Assembly (NCBI GenBank): GCA_951406725.2
Contig: OX597814.1
Location: 180,172,001-180,236,000 of the forward strand
Direction: 5' to 3'
DNA length: 64,000 nt
From: Octopus vulgaris
Lineage: Eukaryota
Position numbers and translations under genes: made by a program
Shown here: positions 26,093 to 38,470 of the stretch, one piece after another
Layout: each line of letters starts with the position of its first letter
Numbering within the stretch: the first letter of the stretch is position 1
The notes under the pieces: generated by a model
Told to the model about the DNA's origin: nothing
Databases searched by the model: none
The model's input: only the letters and a program-made list of their open reading frames with translations

Positions 26093-26721
26093 CAAAAGGG
26101 ACATTAGCCATTTGAATGTGGCTAGGGACAGGGCAGGGCGGTGGGGGTGTTACTGATGCATTTAGCCCCAGGCGATCATCAACGTCACCAGATAGGCTTG
26201 ACACCATCACGGTGTCCTCTATCCTGCAAAGAGAGATCATTCCCCGAAGAAGCGGATGCCACATACGGACCCAGGTTTCAAGGTGTTTGTCTCTCGTCAA
26301 CGTATGGTAGGCACCGCCCCTCGACGAACGACTCTCTGTGCAGGATATTTATATATAGATTTTCACGTAAATACATTTACTGATTTCGAAAATCTGTTCG
26401 ACAGCAATAATAATTCTCTAAACGAGATATAGACAGTAACTGCTCCATAACAAAAGGGACATACGTTGACGAGAGGCAAACACCTTGAAACCTGGGTCCG
26501 TATGTGGCATCCGCTTCTTCGGGGAATGATCTCCCTTTGCAGGATAGAGGACACCGTGATGGTGTCAAGCCTATCTGGTGACGTTGATGATCGCCTGGGG
26601 CTAAATGCATCAGTAACACCCCCACCGCCCTGCCCTGTCCCTAGCCACATTCAAATGGCTAATGTCCCTTTTGTTATGGAGCAGTTACTGTCTATATCTC
26701 GTTTAGAGAATTATTATTGCT
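26090..26721. mobile_element. Retrozyme/Penelope-pLTR-like fold-back element B (358-nt unit plus inverted arm) in (TA)n; paralogue of element A
   Basis: TAACAAAAGGGACAT repeats at 26090 and 26448. Segment 26460-26721 is the reverse complement and reads across the unit junction. Shares long blocks with element A (gaatgtggctagggacagggc, gttactgatgcatttagccccaggcga, gacaccatcacggtgtcc). Confidence 0.8.
26460..26504 (+). ncRNA. Minimal type-I hammerhead motif, U3 variant (mirror copy on - strand at ~26261-26306)
   Basis: CATACG-TTGACGA-GAGG caaaca CCTT-GAA-ACCTGGGT-C^CGTATG. Perfect 6-bp stem I; stem III self-complementary with G-U pairs. Confidence 0.78.
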
Positions 26722-27389
26722 ATATATATATTATATCTACATATAAGAATACACACATATATGCATATACATATATGGTAGCGGGGGGGATGTTGAAAAA
26801 CATACTTTAAACACGTAAAAAAATCTGATGATAATGAAACCTGTTAGAAAATTGTGATTTTTTTTCTTCCGGCAAAATTTCTTAATTAAAACATGCTCTA
26901 AAATCTACTGCGTAAAAATATTTTATAGGAAAAATTCTTTGATACGAAAACTTTTCGCTAAAATTTCATTCTCCGCACTTTTTTTATATATATATATGAA
27001 AACATACTTTTCATCTATGTTTACCTTCTTCTACGTCAAAAATAAAACTTGTTCTATTCATTAATGTATTACCAACCCCTTCTTATATTTTGCAATAAGG
27101 AATCCCCTAATTTGGGAGGCTTAAAATTTGGTAAAAAGGTTTTGTAAGGGATTATAATATTATTCATGTATAAGAAACTCCCATATTTTTTAAACCTAAT
27201 TTTTGACAATAAAGGGTTCCTTATACACGTTAAAATACGGTATGTATGCATGCATGTATGTATGTATGTATGTATGTATGTATGTATGTACGTACGCGTA
27301 TTGTATTTTTATCATATTTTATTGTAGTATTTACTTGTTTATTTATTTACAAATTAAAATCGTTTAACTAAGACAATGTATATTTATTT

Positions 27390-27740
27390 TACGGAGATGT
27401 ACTTGCATAGCAAGTGACCTGACCTGAGATCGTGTGCTGGAACGAAAACAATAGCAGCGTGGAAGGTGTTTATAAGCCATTTAAAAAACACACAAAAACC
27501 GTTAGATTCACTTCAACATCTAAATTTAATTTGTCAAAATATTTTCGTCGCTTTGAGACCGCGACCTGTTCACTGACAAAACTTCGTGCTGTTTTGTCAG
27601 TGAACAAGTCGAAGTTTTGTCAGTGAACAGGTCGCGGTCTCAAAGCGACGAAAATATTTTGACAAATTAAATTTAGATGTTGAAGTGAATCTAATGGTTT
27701 TTGTGTGTTTCTTAAATGGCTTAGAAACACCTTCCACGCA
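27390..27740. mobile_element. Penelope-terminus-like fold-back element D with G3:C8 hammerhead variant
   Basis: ~130-bp inverted arms at 27457-27586 and 27610-27739. A diverged single-arm relative lies at ~7117-7300. Confidence 0.7.
27616..27666 (+). ncRNA. Variant minimal hammerhead motif (G3:C8 swap, extra nt after A9)
   Basis: TTTGTCA-GTGAACA-G-GTCGC ggtctcaaa GCGAC-GAA-AATATT-T^TGACAAA. 7-bp stem I, 5-bp stem II, palindromic stem III. Confidence 0.65.
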
Positions 27741-27845
27741 GCAAATGTATATTTCGACCATTATTCTTCGTTTGTTTATTTAAAATCGCTCCGTATTTTC
27801 CATTAAATTTTCCTTTTTTTTTTTCACTTCTTTTACTGTTTACAG

Positions 27846-27961
27846 GTATTTACTTGTGTTTCAATTTGGCTATTCTAACTCTGTCAACATTTCTAAATGT
27901 CTTGGTCGTTAACTTAGCAAACTCACATGCGAGAAGTAAAATTGCAAAGCCACTCCGCGCT
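27846..27961 (+). CDS. nAChR-like subunit exon: M3 and start of intracellular loop
   Basis: Acceptor ttttactgtttacAG, donor GCT|gtaagt, 116 nt, phase 1-0. Encodes (G)IYLCFNLAILTLSTFLNVLVVNLANSHARSKIAKPLRA. Not in the ORF track. Confidence 0.92.
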
Positions 27962-28164
27962 GTAAGTTGTCGCCATTTTCCATTCAAGATAACCTTTATT
28001 TTTATTTTTTGATTTTGTATTATTATTATTGTTTTATTTTCGTTCTTTTTTGTTTTGTTTTGTTTTTATGCGTGGCTGTAGATCGTTTTCAAAGGTTGTA
28101 GTACTCATTCACAGTGAAATACGACATTTTAGTGGGCTTATTCGTTTATTAGTGCCCTTTATTT

Positions 28165-28203
<39 letters not shown>

Positions 28204-28209
28204 GCCTCT

Positions 28210-28522
28210 AATTTAAAACAGAGAGTTACTTACTTGCAAATAAATGTGTTAACATGTGACATTATTAACCGAGGTTACCGTGGTCTTTTCCGTAAGCTTC
28301 TTTTTCCACGGATAAACCTTATCTGTTTTCCCCTTTACACTTTATATCATGACATTTCTGTAATACCCGATCCATAATGATCGTTTTTTTTTGTTCGTTT
28401 TTTTTTTTACGATCCCTTTTGATCGAACTCCCCCTCCCCATTTTTTTCTCCCCAAAAAGAAAAGTTCTACATTGTAATTTGTCCCGTCTGTGTTCAGCCC
28501 TGTATGGCTAATAAAGAAACAT
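28210..28522 (+). mobile_element. 5'-truncated non-LTR 3' end embedded in (CTAT)n; copies at 3048-3122, 6465-6680, 10326-10590 (all -)
   Basis: Shared terminus TGTAATTTGTCC..CTGTGTTCAGCCCTGT(G/A)TGGCTAATAAAGAAA followed by (TATC)n; variable 5' truncation. Confidence 0.7.
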
Positions 28523-28607
28523 ATCTATCTGTCTGTCTGTCTGTCTATCTCTATATCTATCTATCAGTCTGTCTGTATTTCTATTTATCAATCTATCTAT
28601 CTACCTC

Positions 28608-28674
<67 letters not shown>

Positions 28675-28695
28675 GTCTGTCTATCCGTCTATTTG

Positions 28696-28747
<52 letters not shown>

Positions 28748-29757
28748 CCTTCAATGAACCTTTGTTGTAACATATTCCATCTAAACATTGACTCAGTTTG
28801 CATTCGTATTCTTATTTTAAATTTGTTTTTGTACCTGTCCTCCGCCTGAAAGTACCAATCAAGTTCTGTGGTCAATGTTACCGATTAACAAAGGTCGTGA
28901 GCTGACAGACTCGTTAGCACAGCGGGCAAAATGCTTAGCGGCATTTCGTCCGTTTTTACGTACTGAGTTCAAATTCCAACGAGGTTGATTTTGCCTTTCA
29001 TCCTTTCAGGCTCGATAAAATAAATACCAGTGAAACACTGGGGTCGACGTAAGCGACTTACCCTACACCCATCCCGATTTCGCTGGCCTTGTGCTAAAAT
29101 TTGAAACTAATATTATCGTCTAACAAGGCGGTGAGCTGGCCGAACCGTTAGCGCGCCGGGAAAAATTCTCAGTGGTATTTCGTCTGTCTTTACGTTCTGA
29201 GTTCAAATGCCACCGGGGATCGACTTTGACTTTCGTCCTTTCGGGGTCGATAAAATACTACCAGATGAACATTGGAGTCGATGTAATTGACTCATTCCCT
29301 CCTCCACGAACTTGCTGACCTTGTGCCGAACTCATCTTTGCTTTCATCCTTTCGAGGTAGATAAAAAAAAGTACTGGGGTCGATATAATCAAATTAGAAT
29401 CTCCTCCGAAATTGCTGGCCTGGTGCCAAAAATTGAAAGCAGTATCATCGACTAACCTCTTACCCCTTAATTTGTCGGCCTTGTGCCGTAATTCGAAACA
29501 CTTACAAAGCAGCGAGCTGGAAAAATCGCTAGCACATCGCAGAAAATGCTTAGTACTCTTTTACTTGTTTCAGTCATTTGACTGTGGCCATGCTGGAGTA
29601 CCGCCTTTAGTCGAGCAAATCGACTCCAGGATTTATTCTATTGGTCCCTTTTGCCGAACCGCTAATTTATGGGGACGTAAACACACCACCATCGGTTATC
29701 AAGTGATGTTGGGGGGGATAAACACACACACACAAACATACACACACACACACACAT

Positions 29758-29802
<45 letters not shown>

Positions 29803-30091
29803 CACGACGGGCTTCTTTCAGTTTCCGTCTACCAAATCCACTCACAAGGCTTTGGTCGGCCCTAGGCTATAGTAGAAGACACTTGCCCAAGCTGCTACGC
29901 AGTGGGACTGAACCCAGAACCATGTGGTTGGTAAACAAGCTACATACCACACAGCCACTCCTACGCTGAGCCGCATTTTTTTTTTTTTTGTATGTTCTGA
30001 GTTCGAATCCCGCCGAGATCGATTTTATTCTTTCGGAGTCGATCAAAAGGAAAGTATCAATATGAGAGAGTGGATTGGTTACTTTATCCTA

Positions 30092-30467
30092 AAGGAAGCA
30101 CTCCGTCGGTTACGACGACGAGGGTTCCGGTTGATCCGATCAACGGAACAGACTGCTCGTGAAATTAACGTGTAAGTGGCTGAGCACTCCACAGACACGT
30201 GTACCCTTACCGTAGTTCTCGGGGATATTCAGCGTGACACAGAGAGTGACAAGGCCGGCCCTTTGAAATACAGGTACAACAGAAACAGGAAGTAAGAGTG
30301 AGAGAAAGTTGTGGTGAAAGAGTACAGCAGGGATCACCACCATCCCCTGCCGGAGCCTCGTGGATCTTTAGGTGTTTTCGCTCAATAAACACGCCCGGTC
30401 TGGGAATCGAAACCGCGATCCTACGACTGCGAGTCCGCTGCCCTAACCACTGGGCCATTGCGCCTCC
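30092..30467 (-). mobile_element. tRNA-derived SINE family 3 (GGCGCAATGGCCCAGTGGTTAGGGCAGCGGAC head)
   Basis: A-box TGGCCCAGTGG and B-box-like GGTTTCGATTCC. Relatives at 4302-4650, 36905-37203, 37640-37850, 46345-46580, 47070-47520, 48847-49162, 56326-56510, 56980-57310. Confidence 0.8.
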
Positions 30468-30859
30468 TTACTTTATCCAACCCAGTGCTTACCACCAATC
30501 TAGGACCGCATAATTAGTGTTGGTGTGTTTAACCAGGCCAGCTTCGTAATCTCCATCTTCAGCAGTAACCTTTCGCTCAACCATCATCTGCAAGTTGATG
30601 AAGGCAGAAATCGACCCAACGAGAACATAACAAAGGGGTCCTCAGCTGTTGTAGCGTAGGCGGGTGGAATCCACCACGAACGACGCTTTGATAGAGGTGC
30701 AACTTTAGGGTTTGCTGTAATAAGCCTGTGTAGCATGGACTGGCTTGTGTCGGGTGGGGGTGGGGAGAGTCGGCAAACTCGAGGGTGGCCCTGGGTGACG
30801 CACGTTCAAGATACTCCACTGTTCGGCTTGCAAGAAATTGATATGTATGGATGATGTTA

Positions 30860-31345
30860 AGATGGTGGTGGTGGTCGTCGTCGTCGCCGTCGTTATGGTC
30901 ATGATGATGGTGATGGTGGCGGTGGTGGTAGTCGTTGTCGTCATCGACGTCGTGGTCATGATAGTGGTGATGGTAGTAGCGGTGGTGGCCGTCGTCGTCG
31001 CTGTCGTTATGGTCATGATAGTAGTGGTGGTGATAGTGGTGATGGTAGTGGTCACCGTCGTTATGGTCATGATGGTTGTGGTGGTGGTGGTAGTCGTTGT
31101 CGTCGTCATCATCGACGTCGTTGTGGTCATGATAGTAGTGATGGTGCTGGTGATGGTGGTGATAGTGGTGATGGTAGTGGTCATCGACGTTATGGTCATG
31201 ATGGTGGTAGTGGTGGTGGTGGTGGTGGTAGTAGTCATGATGGTGGTGGTGATGGTGGTGGTGGCGATGGTGGTGGTTGTGGTGGTGGTGGTGGCGATGG
31301 TGGTGGTGGTGGTGGTGGTGGTGGTCGTCGTCGTCGTCGTCGTGG
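30860..31345. repeat. Cryptic trinucleotide repeat (GTG/GTC/ATG/GTA) with a recurring higher-order motif
   Basis: gtcgttatggtcatgat-like motif recurs; triplet phase is kept throughout. Confidence 0.9.
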
Positions 31346-31599
31346 CAAAGGCAGTGGTAGCAGCAACGGTGATAATGGTTTCCATCATGCAAAATTTGGA
31401 AAGATAAAGGAAAGAAACAAAGTTAATTAAGCTATCAACAAGGCCATACTGAGAAATGATTTTCTGGAATTGAAACTTCAAATAAACCCTTAAGAGGAAA
31501 AGTTGGTAGATGACTGACACAAGCTTGATCTCAATCAGCAATGGGAATATTGCCTTGTTAAAGAAGCAAGGAATGCAAGACGTGAAAAGATGCTTAGCA

Positions 31600-31649
<50 letters not shown>

Positions 31650-31732
31650 GTGTACATATGTATTTGTGGGTGAACATCTGTGTATGTATTTATGTATGTA
31701 TATATGTATGTGTTATATATGTATATGTATAT

Positions 31733-32334
31733 TATTTCTTTACTGTCCACAAGGGGCTAAGCACAGAGAGGACAAAAAAGAACAGACAAACGGATTAAGT
31801 CGATTACATCGACCCCAGTGCGTAACTGGTACTTAATTTGTCGACCCTGAAAGGATGAAAGGCAAAGTCGACCTCGGCGGAACTTGAACTCAGAACGTAA
31901 AGACAGACGAAATACCTATTTCTTTATAGCCCACAAGGGGCTAAACACAGAGAGGACAAACAAGGTCAGACAAAGAGATTAGGTCAATTATATCGACCCC
32001 TGTGCGTAACTGGTACTTAATTTATCGACCACTGAAAGGATGAAAGGCAAAGTCAACCTCGGCGGAATTTCAACTCAGAACGTAGCGGCAGACGAAATAC
32101 TTATTTCTTTACTACCCACAAGGGGCTAAATACAGGGAGGGACAAACAAGGACAGACAAATGGATTAAGTCGATTACAGCGACCCCAGTGCGTAACTGGT
32201 ACTTATTTAATCGACCCCGAAAGGATGAAAGGCAAAGTCGACCTTGGCGGAATTTGAACCCAGAACGTAGCGGCAGACGAAATACCGCTAAGCATTTCGC
32301 CCGGCGTGCTAACGATTCTGCCAGCTCGCCGCCT
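31733..32334 (-). mobile_element. Head-to-tail trimer of SINE family 1
   Basis: Three ~185-bp units (tatttcttta..cacaaggggctaa...cagacgaaatac); only one has the tRNA-like head. Confidence 0.85.
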
Positions 32335-33144
32335 TATGTATGTATATGTATATATTAATGTGTATATGTTATATATGTATGCATGTGTTATATATGCATG
32401 CATGTATGCATGTATATGCTTCAAAAATATGCAAGTAACAGTGTCATTGGGAAGGGCATCCAGCCATGAAAACTATGCCAAAGCAGACAGTGAAGCTTGG
32501 TGTAGTCTTCTGGATTACCAGCTCCTCTCAAACATTAAATTATAATGTTGAGAGAGAGAGAGAAAAATAGAGAGAGAAGCCATAGTAAAAGACACTTGTT
32601 CAAGGTGCCATGCAGTGGAACTGAACCCAAAAACCATGTGGGTGAGCAGCCTGCTTCATACCACAAAGCCTTGCTTACCACTATATATCTATATTTAATT
32701 ATATTTATAAATATAAGTCATATTCAAGAAAAACCTCTTCTCAACTTAACACCACAAAGGTGCTTTATATGGTTGCTCAAACTGTTAGAAACAGCAACCA
32801 AATCTCCTTGAAACTATATCTGACCATCTTAAAAAATACCCCAAACATTATAGTTTGGGCTGTAGAAAAAGACAAGATGTCCATATGTCTGCTTGATTTT
32901 GGCTGATCCAGAACTGAAGAAAACCGCCATTTTGAACTGAAACTTGGAAGTCTATGAGCTAAGATATTTCAATGTTTTCTCTCAACTTTCTTGGTTGTTA
33001 AGCTGGTAATTACCAGAATATGTTGCTGGAGGACATCTAGGTGTGACAATTATATGCTATAATTTACAAAAATAATTGCTACACACAGACACACACACAT
33101 ATATATGTACATACATATGTATGTATGTATGTATGTACGTACAA

Positions 33145-33195
<51 letters not shown>

Positions 33196-33371
33196 CACAC
33201 ACACACACACATATCTATGAATATATGTTTGTCTGTATGAATGTATGTGTGTACGGATGTATATATATTATATATATATATATATAAGTAATACATATAT
33301 ATGTATATATGTGTGTGTGTATTATACATTTATGTATATGTAATATATTTGAGTGTGTGTGTGTGTGTGTA

Positions 33372-33406
<35 letters not shown>

Positions 33407-34289
33407 TAGAGAGAGAGAGAGTTTCCATTATCATCAGTAAATTGTCTGAACGGTTTACTTCTGCTGAAATGTCAAAACAATTCTTATATTGTATTTGATT
33501 GACTAAAATAACACATTTCATAATTTTCTTCTTGTAAGCTGCATGCAAAGTAGGTTTCAATTAGTCTGTAAATCAATATTTATTTAGTTATATATTTATT
33601 TATTTATTTATTTATTTTATTTATTTATTCAGTTATCTCATATCAGACTCATTAGTTAACTTTTTTGACTTTAAAATTATGCATGAATGTCAACACACAC
33701 ACACACACACATACACACACACACAAACGCGTGCACACACACACACATACACATATTTATGTATTGGCACAGGTGTGGCTATGTGTCAAGAAGCTTGCTT
33801 CCCAACCACACATTCTCAGGTTCAGTCCCACCACATGGTAACTTCAGCAGGTGACTTCTATTACAACACTAGGCTGTAAGGGGATTTAGCAGGTAGGAAC
33901 TGGAAAACAACTGTCATAGATGTGTGTGTGTGTGCGTGTGTGTGTTCACGCATGCATGTATGTGTGTGTACTTTTAAATGTACATAATGGCAAATACCTT
34001 TTACTGCCATCTTAAGACCATTCTATCATCTTTACTTTTGAAACAAACTTTTCAATTCCTTATTTTTTGACAGACATTCTCTGAAACAATAGTTTGTAAA
34101 AATCCAAAATCCAGTAATCAACCACCTTAATCATTATACTGACTTGAAGTTCTAACTTGTTCTCCCTTGATATTTTTAGATGAGACTTGGTATCAACTTG
34201 TATAAACACTAAGCAAAATTCAAACATAATAATAATAATAAAATGTAAAAGACTTTTCATTTTCCTGAGAGTCAAACTAAACCAGAAAA

Positions 34290-34460
34290 CCATGCCTCCT
34301 CATTGATATGACTGTCCCAATTGACATAAATGTATTTGTTAAGACCTACCAAGAACTGAGCAAGTATAAAGGTCTTGAAATAGAAATTGGCAAAATATGG
34401 AATCTCAAGGCTAAAACAATACCTGTTGTCATAGGTGCCCTAAGAATGATAGAAAAAGGG
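34290..34460 (+). mobile_element. RLE endonuclease fragment of an R4/Dong-like LINE
   Basis: IDMTVPIDINVFVKTYQELSKYKGLEIEIGKIWNLKAKTIPVVIGAL. Confidence 0.75.
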
Positions 34461-35167
34461 TACTTATTTTATCGACCCCAAAAGAACGAAAGGTAAAGTC
34501 GACCTCAGAGGGCTTCAACTCAGAATGTAGCGATGAGCGAAACACCTTTAAGTAATTTGTCCGGGCGTGCTAACTATTCTGCCAGCTTGCCACCTTAATA
34601 ATAGTAATAATAATAATAATAAATAATAATAATAACAATAATAATAATAATAATAATCGTTTCTACTAAAGCCACATGGCCTGGATTTTGTGAGGATGGG
34701 CACAGTCGATCACATCGACCCCAGTACTCAACTGGTATTTAATTTATTCAACCTGAAAGGATGAAAGGCAAAGTTGATTTTGGCAGAATTTGAACTCAGA
34801 ACATAGCAACAGCTGAATAAATGACTCTACATCACTTTAACTTCACAATCACTATGAAATGAAAAGTAGATTATTTATATTTTCTATAAGAAATAGCAAC
34901 CAAGTTTTCCTTGCTTCAAACAAACAAGTAGAAACAAAGAATGATAAATTAGCAAATGAATTTTTCTTATATGCTCTCAATAAGACATGCTTTTGATCAT
35001 AAGTTTTGATCATAGGCGTAGGAGTGGCTGTGTGGTAAGTAGCTTGCTTACCAACCACATGGTCCTGGGTTCAGTCCCACTGCATGGCACCTTGGGCAAG
35101 TGTCTTCTACTATAGCCTTGTGAGTGGATTTGGTAGGCGGAAACTGAAAGAAGCCCGTCGTACATAC

Positions 35168-35199
<32 letters not shown>

Positions 35200-35200
35200 G

Positions 35201-35237
<37 letters not shown>

Positions 35238-37447
35238 ATGTTTATGTGTCTGTGTCAGTCCCCCTAACATCGCTTGACAACCGATGTTGACGTGTTTACG
35301 TCCCCGTAACTTAGCGGTTCGGCAAAAGAGACAGATAGAATAAGTACTAGGCTCACAAAGAATAAGTCCTGGGGATCGATTTGCTCAACTAAAGGCGTTG
35401 TTCCTGTATGGCCACAGTCAAATGACTGAAACAAGTAAAAGAGTAATATAAGGATTGGAGTTGACCTGGGACATAGTAATAACTTTTTCCTTGTCCTTTT
35501 TCCCTTGTAGTTTCACTCCTTGTAATGTGGCCATCTTAGGATATTATCTTCAAAGGGTTAATTATATCTACACAACCCTCTCTCCACACAATACAACACT
35601 TACGGTGCGATTCAGTTTATCGATCTTTATTTTTCAAATAGCTGAGTTGCATCCCATGTTAGGGAGTTACCTCCCTTTAAGGATACACTACTAATAGGAA
35701 TTTACGTTGATTTATAACTGGGAGATTCACAGATGCATAACAGCTCACACACACACACACATACATATATTTCTTCAGAGTTTCTTGTATACAGTATTCA
35801 AGTGCACATCAACTCATCAGAAAAGCAATGCATTTAGGACAGCAAAGGAAAAGAGGCCCTACAGAGGTTTTCCCCCATCAACCGGTAGTGAAATCACCAT
35901 GCTGGAAATAGCAAGTTATAACGGTCTGTCTTTAAGAAATATGGAAAGACTCTTTACTCTCTTTACTCTTTCACTTGTTTCAGTCATTTGACTGTGGCCA
36001 TGCTGGAGTACCACCTTTAGTCGAGCAACTCGACCCCGGGACTTATTCTTTGTAAGCCTAGTACTTATTCTATCAGTCTCTTTTGCCGAACCGCTAAGTA
36101 ACAGGGACATAAACACACCAGCATCAGTTGTCAAGCGATGTTGGGGGGACAAACACAGACACACAAACATATACACACACACATACATATATATATACAT
36201 ATATATACGACGGGCTTCTTTCAGTTTCCGTCTACAAAATCCACTCACAAGGCTTTGGTCGGCCCGAGGCTATAGTAGAAGACACTTGCCCAAGGTGCCA
36301 CGCAGTGGGACTGAACCCGGAACCATGTGGTTCGTAAGCAAGCTACTTACCACACAGTCACACCTACGTCTACGTTTTGAATTTTTTTTCTTTTGTGGTG
36401 TGGGGTGGGGGTGGTGCTCTGGTTATAGATAAATATTTTTTTCTTATAACTATGGTAACACTGATTGAAACTAAATAGCTAACTTATAATCAATTTCGAC
36501 TATATCACCCTCATCCACATCATTATCATTTTCATCATCATTTAACATTTACTTTTCCATGCTCATATGGATCACGTGTAATTTGTTGAGGTGGAGTTTC
36601 TATGGCCAGATGCCCTTCTTGTCATAACTTTCTCCTGTTTCCAAGCAAGGTAAGATTTCTCCATGGGCCAGACATATTTTTCATGGAAGGCTGGAAACAA
36701 ACTACCTTACTTGTATGACAATGATGTTCATTTAAAGCCACTATGTGATGTCTAGACAAGCGTATGCACAAACACACACACATACATAAATGTGTGTCTG
36801 TGTGCACGCGCACGCATGTGTGTGATGGGTCTTTCAGTTCCAGTTTACCAATCCTACACATAAGGATTTGGTCAGCTCTAGGTTATAGTTGTTGTTTTGT
36901 TGTTTGTTCCTTCTCGAGCCATTCCTGGCTCATAAGGGCAAGCTTCCCGGTTTCCTTGGTGTATAGGTTCCCCACCTGGATGGGATGCCGGTTCGTCGCA
37001 GGTGAGCTGCAAGATGCAGGAGGAAAGAGTGACAGAAAGTTGTGGCAAAAGAGTCAGCAGAAGTTCGCCATTACCTTCTGCCGGAGCCGCGTGGAGCTTA
37101 GGTGTTTCACTCATAAACACACACATCGCCCAGTCTGAGATTCGAACCCACGATCCCTCGACCGCGAGTCCGCTGCTCTAACCACTAGGCCATGTGCCTC
37201 CACTCAAGGTTATAGTAGATGACACTTGCTCAAGGTGCCATGCAGTGGGACTGAACCCAAGATCATATGGCTGAGAAGCAAGCTTCTTGACCACACAACC
37301 ACTCCAGCACTTAAGTATAAGCGGCAGATTGAAGATTAACGATATGAAGATAGAGAAAGCTTCTGGTCTATCAGAGGCAGTTTCTGAGATGCACAAAATA
37401 TCTGGTGAGGTAGGATACATGATAATTATTTTGAGAGTTAATAAATT

Positions 37448-37620
37448 ACTGTATTTTAACGTGTATAAGAAACCCCCTAATTTGGTGGGGGGGGGGGTCT
37501 TAAAATTTGGAAAAAAGGTTTTGTAAGGGATTATAATACTATCCATGTATAAGACTCTCCCATATTTTTTTAACCTGATTTTTGACAAAAAAGGGTTCCT
37601 TATGCACATTAAAATATGGT
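37448..37620. mobile_element. Short TA-flanked MITE (second copy, one end lost, at ~27100-27241)
   Basis: TIR C(T/C)GTATTTTAACGTGTATAAG / CTTATGCACATTAAAATATGG; body matches 27100-27241. Confidence 0.7.
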
Positions 37621-37892
37621 AATACAGGAAATTGAAGCATGTGGCAATGTGGTTAGGGTGTTGCACTCATGAATATAAGGTTGTTGTTTCGATTCCTGGA
37701 CAAGGTGATACATTGTGTTCATGAGCAAAACATTTCATGTTGCTCCAGTTCAGTCAGCTGGCAAAAATGAGTAATCCTGCAACAGACTGCATCCTATTCA
37801 GAAAGGAATATGTATATCCCACAGAATCCAGGAAACTGGGGCCTTTGGATTGGGAAGGGCACAAGGTCATACCTAATGACTAGCATTGCAGT

Positions 37893-38470
37893 CATCATCA
37901 TCATCATCATCATCATCGTTTTATATCCGTTTTCCATGCTAGCATGGGTTGGACGGTTCAACCGGGGTCTGGGAAGCCAGGAGGCTGCACCAGGCTCCAG
38001 TCTGATCTGGCAGTGTTTCTACAGCTGGATGCCCTTCCTAATGCCAACCACTCTGTGAGTGTAGTGGGTGCTTTTTACATGCCACTGGCACGGGTATCAC
38101 AACTACAATTTCCATTTGATTTTTATTTTGATGTTGATGTACTTGACTCAATAGGTCTACTCAAGCACGGCAGGTCACCCTTCAATCCAAGGTTAGCACA
38201 GCAGGCCATCCTGCGAGCCATGAACTCACTTCGTTTGTTGGGTCTTGGCAGTCACAGTATATCTCAGAGGTCTAGGTCTTTCGTTATTGCCTCTGTGAGA
38301 CCCAATGTGCCACTGGAACAGGTATCACAACTACAATATCCATTTGATTTTTATTTTGATGTTGATGTACTTGACTCAATAGGTCTCCTCAAGCACAGCA
38401 GGTCACCCTACAATCCATGGTTAGCACAGCAGGCCATCCTGCAAGCCATGAACTCACTTCATTTGTCAGA
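37893..38470 (-). mobile_element. RTE 3'-tail element with (GAT)n tail
   Basis: (cat)n-cgttt..ccatgctagcatggg...ctggatgcccttcctaatgccaaccactc, the same as the 3' end of the 51075 LINE. Copies at 43138-43480, 45870-46270, 49778-50110, 53670-53835. Confidence 0.8.

Noticed and set aside
25992-26810. Mirror-image ORFs (MWLGTGQGGG..., MTRDKHLET...)
   Set aside because: By-products of the inverted arms of element B; not conserved as ORFs in element A.
30577-31541. Long His-rich, Thr-rich and Val-rich ORFs (271, 278 and 189 aa)
   Set aside because: All arise from one intronic cryptic triplet repeat that is open in several frames on both strands; no splice or domain context.
33480-34080. Putative minus-strand exons (ECLSKNKELKSLFQK / LIETYFACSLQEENYEM...)
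   Set aside because: Phase-compatible, but with weak splice sites and no recognisable homology; not supportable from sequence alone.
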